NCBI GenBank assembly: GCA_964349555.1
Contig: CAYGGK010000003.1
Span: 1 to 61,893 of the forward strand
DNA length: 61,893 nt
Direction of reading: 5' to 3'
From: an uncultured Candidatus Saccharibacteria bacterium
GTDB lineage: Bacteria; Patescibacteriota; Minisyncoccia; Phycocordibacterales; Phycocordibacteraceae
The position numbers and the translations under genes were made by a program. Within the stretch, counting starts at the first letter, position 1. Every line of letters starts with the position of its first letter. The notes under the pieces were generated by a model that saw only the letters and a program-made list of their open reading frames with translations, did not search any database and had not been told where the DNA came from. Below are positions 60,822-61,893 of this stretch, in pieces.

Positions 60822-61763
60822 GTGCAAATGAATGTACGAGGGAAAAAGATATTTGTGGGGCTGTCGGGAGGGGTGGATTCGGCCGTATCGGCCGCCCTGC
60901 TGAAACAAAACGGCGCGCTCGTAACGGGTGTATTCATAAAGGGCTGGTACCCCAGAGGTATGCCCTGCACGTGGGCGCAGGAGCGCCGCGCCGCGATGCG
61001 GGTGGCAGCGCGACTCCGTATTCCTTTCCGTACGCTTGACGCAAGCGCCGAGTATAAAAAAAGCGTGATTGATTATTTAATCGCAGAGTACCGCGCGGGG
61101 CGGACGCCAAACCCAGACGTTATGTGCAACAGGGAAATTAAGTTCGGTGTGTTTTACCGGTACGCGATGAGTGAGGGCGCTGACGCCATCGCAACGGGGC
61201 ATTATCGCTCGGGAGAGAAAGACCAGAGTTACTTTCTGTGGGCGGTGCCAAAAGATATTTTGAACGCAACGATATTTCCGGTCGGTAACTATGAAAAAAG
61301 AAAGGTTCGCAGACTGGCACAACGATTTGGATTGCCCGTTGCAGAGAAGAAAGACAGCCAAGGAATCTGTTTCCTCGGAGCGGTCTCCGTCAAAGAGTTT
61401 TTACAAAAAGAGCTGGGGAGCGATAACCCGGCGCTTCTTTACACGCTCGGCCAACGAGTGGCGGAGGCGAGAGAGGGGCCGTGGTATGTGGTCGGGAAGA
61501 ATGTAGAAAAGAAAGAGATACTGATTTCAAAATCACGCGAACCTGCAGAACGCGAGATTCGTTTTACCGATGCGAATTGGTATGGAGAATCTGCGGGCGT
61601 TCAGGAGGCACAGTATCGATACCAAGGGCCCCGCGTGCGCGGGCACGTAGAAGGGAGTAGTTTCGTCAGCGCGGCCCCGCTTTCGGAATACCCGGCCCCG
61701 GGACAATCGGTTGTTTTTTATAACGATGGCGAACTTATCGGCGGTGGTATAATCGCCGCATGA
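60822..61763 (+). CDS. mnmA: tRNA 2-thiouridine(34) synthase MnmA (short form)
   Basis: Has the PP-loop VGLSGGVDSAV, then GRTPNPDVMCN and DSQGICFLG; 313 aa. Confidence 0.85.
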   Translation: MQMNVRGKKIFVGLSGGVDSAVSAALLKQNGALVTGVFIKGWYPRGMPCTWAQERRAAMRVAARLRIPFRTLDASAEYKKSVIDYLIAEYRAGRTPNPDVMCNREIKFGVFYRYAMSEGADAIATGHYRSGEKDQSYFLWAVPKDILNATIFPVGNYEKRKVRRLAQRFGLPVAEKKDSQGICFLGAVSVKEFLQKELGSDNPALLYTLGQRVAEAREGPWYVVGKNVEKKEILISKSREPAEREIRFTDANWYGESAGVQEAQYRYQGPRVRGHVEGSSFVSAAPLSEYPAPGQSVVFYNDGELIGGGIIAA

Positions 61764-61893
61764 GTCATACGCGTCTATGGGCTTCCGCGGCCATTATCGC
61801 AGGTGTCATTTTGGTCTCCTTCGCGTTTTTCGTGACGCGCACAGGCGACGTTGAGGTGGAGTCATCCAGGCTTTCTGAGGAGGCACCGGTGCC
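61760..61893 (+). CDS. possible membrane protein, 3' end outside window
   Basis: The ATG overlaps the mnmA stop codon (ATGA). It encodes MSHTRLWASAAIIAGVILVSFAFFV..., open to the window end. Confidence 0.3.
   Translation, partial: MSHTRLWASAAIIAGVILVSFAFFVTRTGDVEVESSRLSEEAPV

Noticed and set aside
60822-61763. MnmA is about 50 aa shorter than usual, which could indicate a pseudogene.
   Set aside because: The PP-loop and catalytic Cys motifs are intact and the frame is continuous. Size reduction is common in this genome, so there is not enough evidence for a pseudogene.

Overview
This is a visibly GC-rich bacterial chromosome segment. Its gene content and protein quirks suggest a small-genome Patescibacteria/CPR (Parcubacteria-like) organism; that placement is inference from L32/S16 extensions, GYAWSDNIGW-repeat surface proteins and trimmed repair and segregation proteins.

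Gene content, almost all on the + strand:
- Replication and RNA processing: dnaE(-), a RelE/ParE toxin-antitoxin pair(-), rnhB, rpmF, a nusB-NUDIX fusion, rnc, a short hinge-less smc, rnr(-).
- Translation and transcription: rpsP, a KH-domain gene, trmD, rpoB, rpoC.
- A putative translocase/foldase block: DsbA-like protein, a T4CP/FtsK-like ATPase, a 922-aa J-domain membrane protein, an FKBP isomerase.
- Repair and envelope: tgt, uvrB, a 4-kb cell-envelope cassette, uvrA, uvrC.
- Further genes: ddl, pterin dehydratase, two HD hydrolases, five tRNAs (Ala-UGC; Val-Pro-Ala cluster; an island-borne Ala-GGC), an alternative-oxidase-like di-iron protein.
- A visibly AT-rich island of about 7 kb (about 45.9-53.2 kb) with a large serine recombinase.
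- Right end: leuS, a sigma-region-4/HARE-HTH protein, a membrane paralogue of the ATPase N-domain, mltG, mnmA.

Most notable observations:
1. Complete NUDIX domains are fused to two RNA-related housekeeping proteins. One is inserted inside LeuRS and one is C-terminal to NusB.
2. Perfect GC-rich palindromes lie in frame inside housekeeping genes. A 22-nt element occurs in smc, the KH gene and uvrC, and a 41-nt hairpin occurs in uvrB. Intergenic perfect hairpins are also unusually dense.
3. A TATAnT box sits 6-9 nt upstream of the ATG of at least 14 genes, implying leaderless mRNAs.
4. A DsbA / T4CP-like ATPase / J-domain / FKBP block has a distant membrane-anchored paralogue.
5. Two tandem self-contained cassettes encode ultra-hydrophobic proteins and share an identical 58-nt 3' module.
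6. An alternative-oxidase-like gene lies between tRNAs.
7. The recombinase island carries tRNA-end direct repeats, an extra tRNA-Ala, and a recombinase ORF that runs antisense through that tRNA.

No rRNA, CRISPR array or reverse transcriptase was seen. All similarity statements come from reading motifs by eye; no searches were run.
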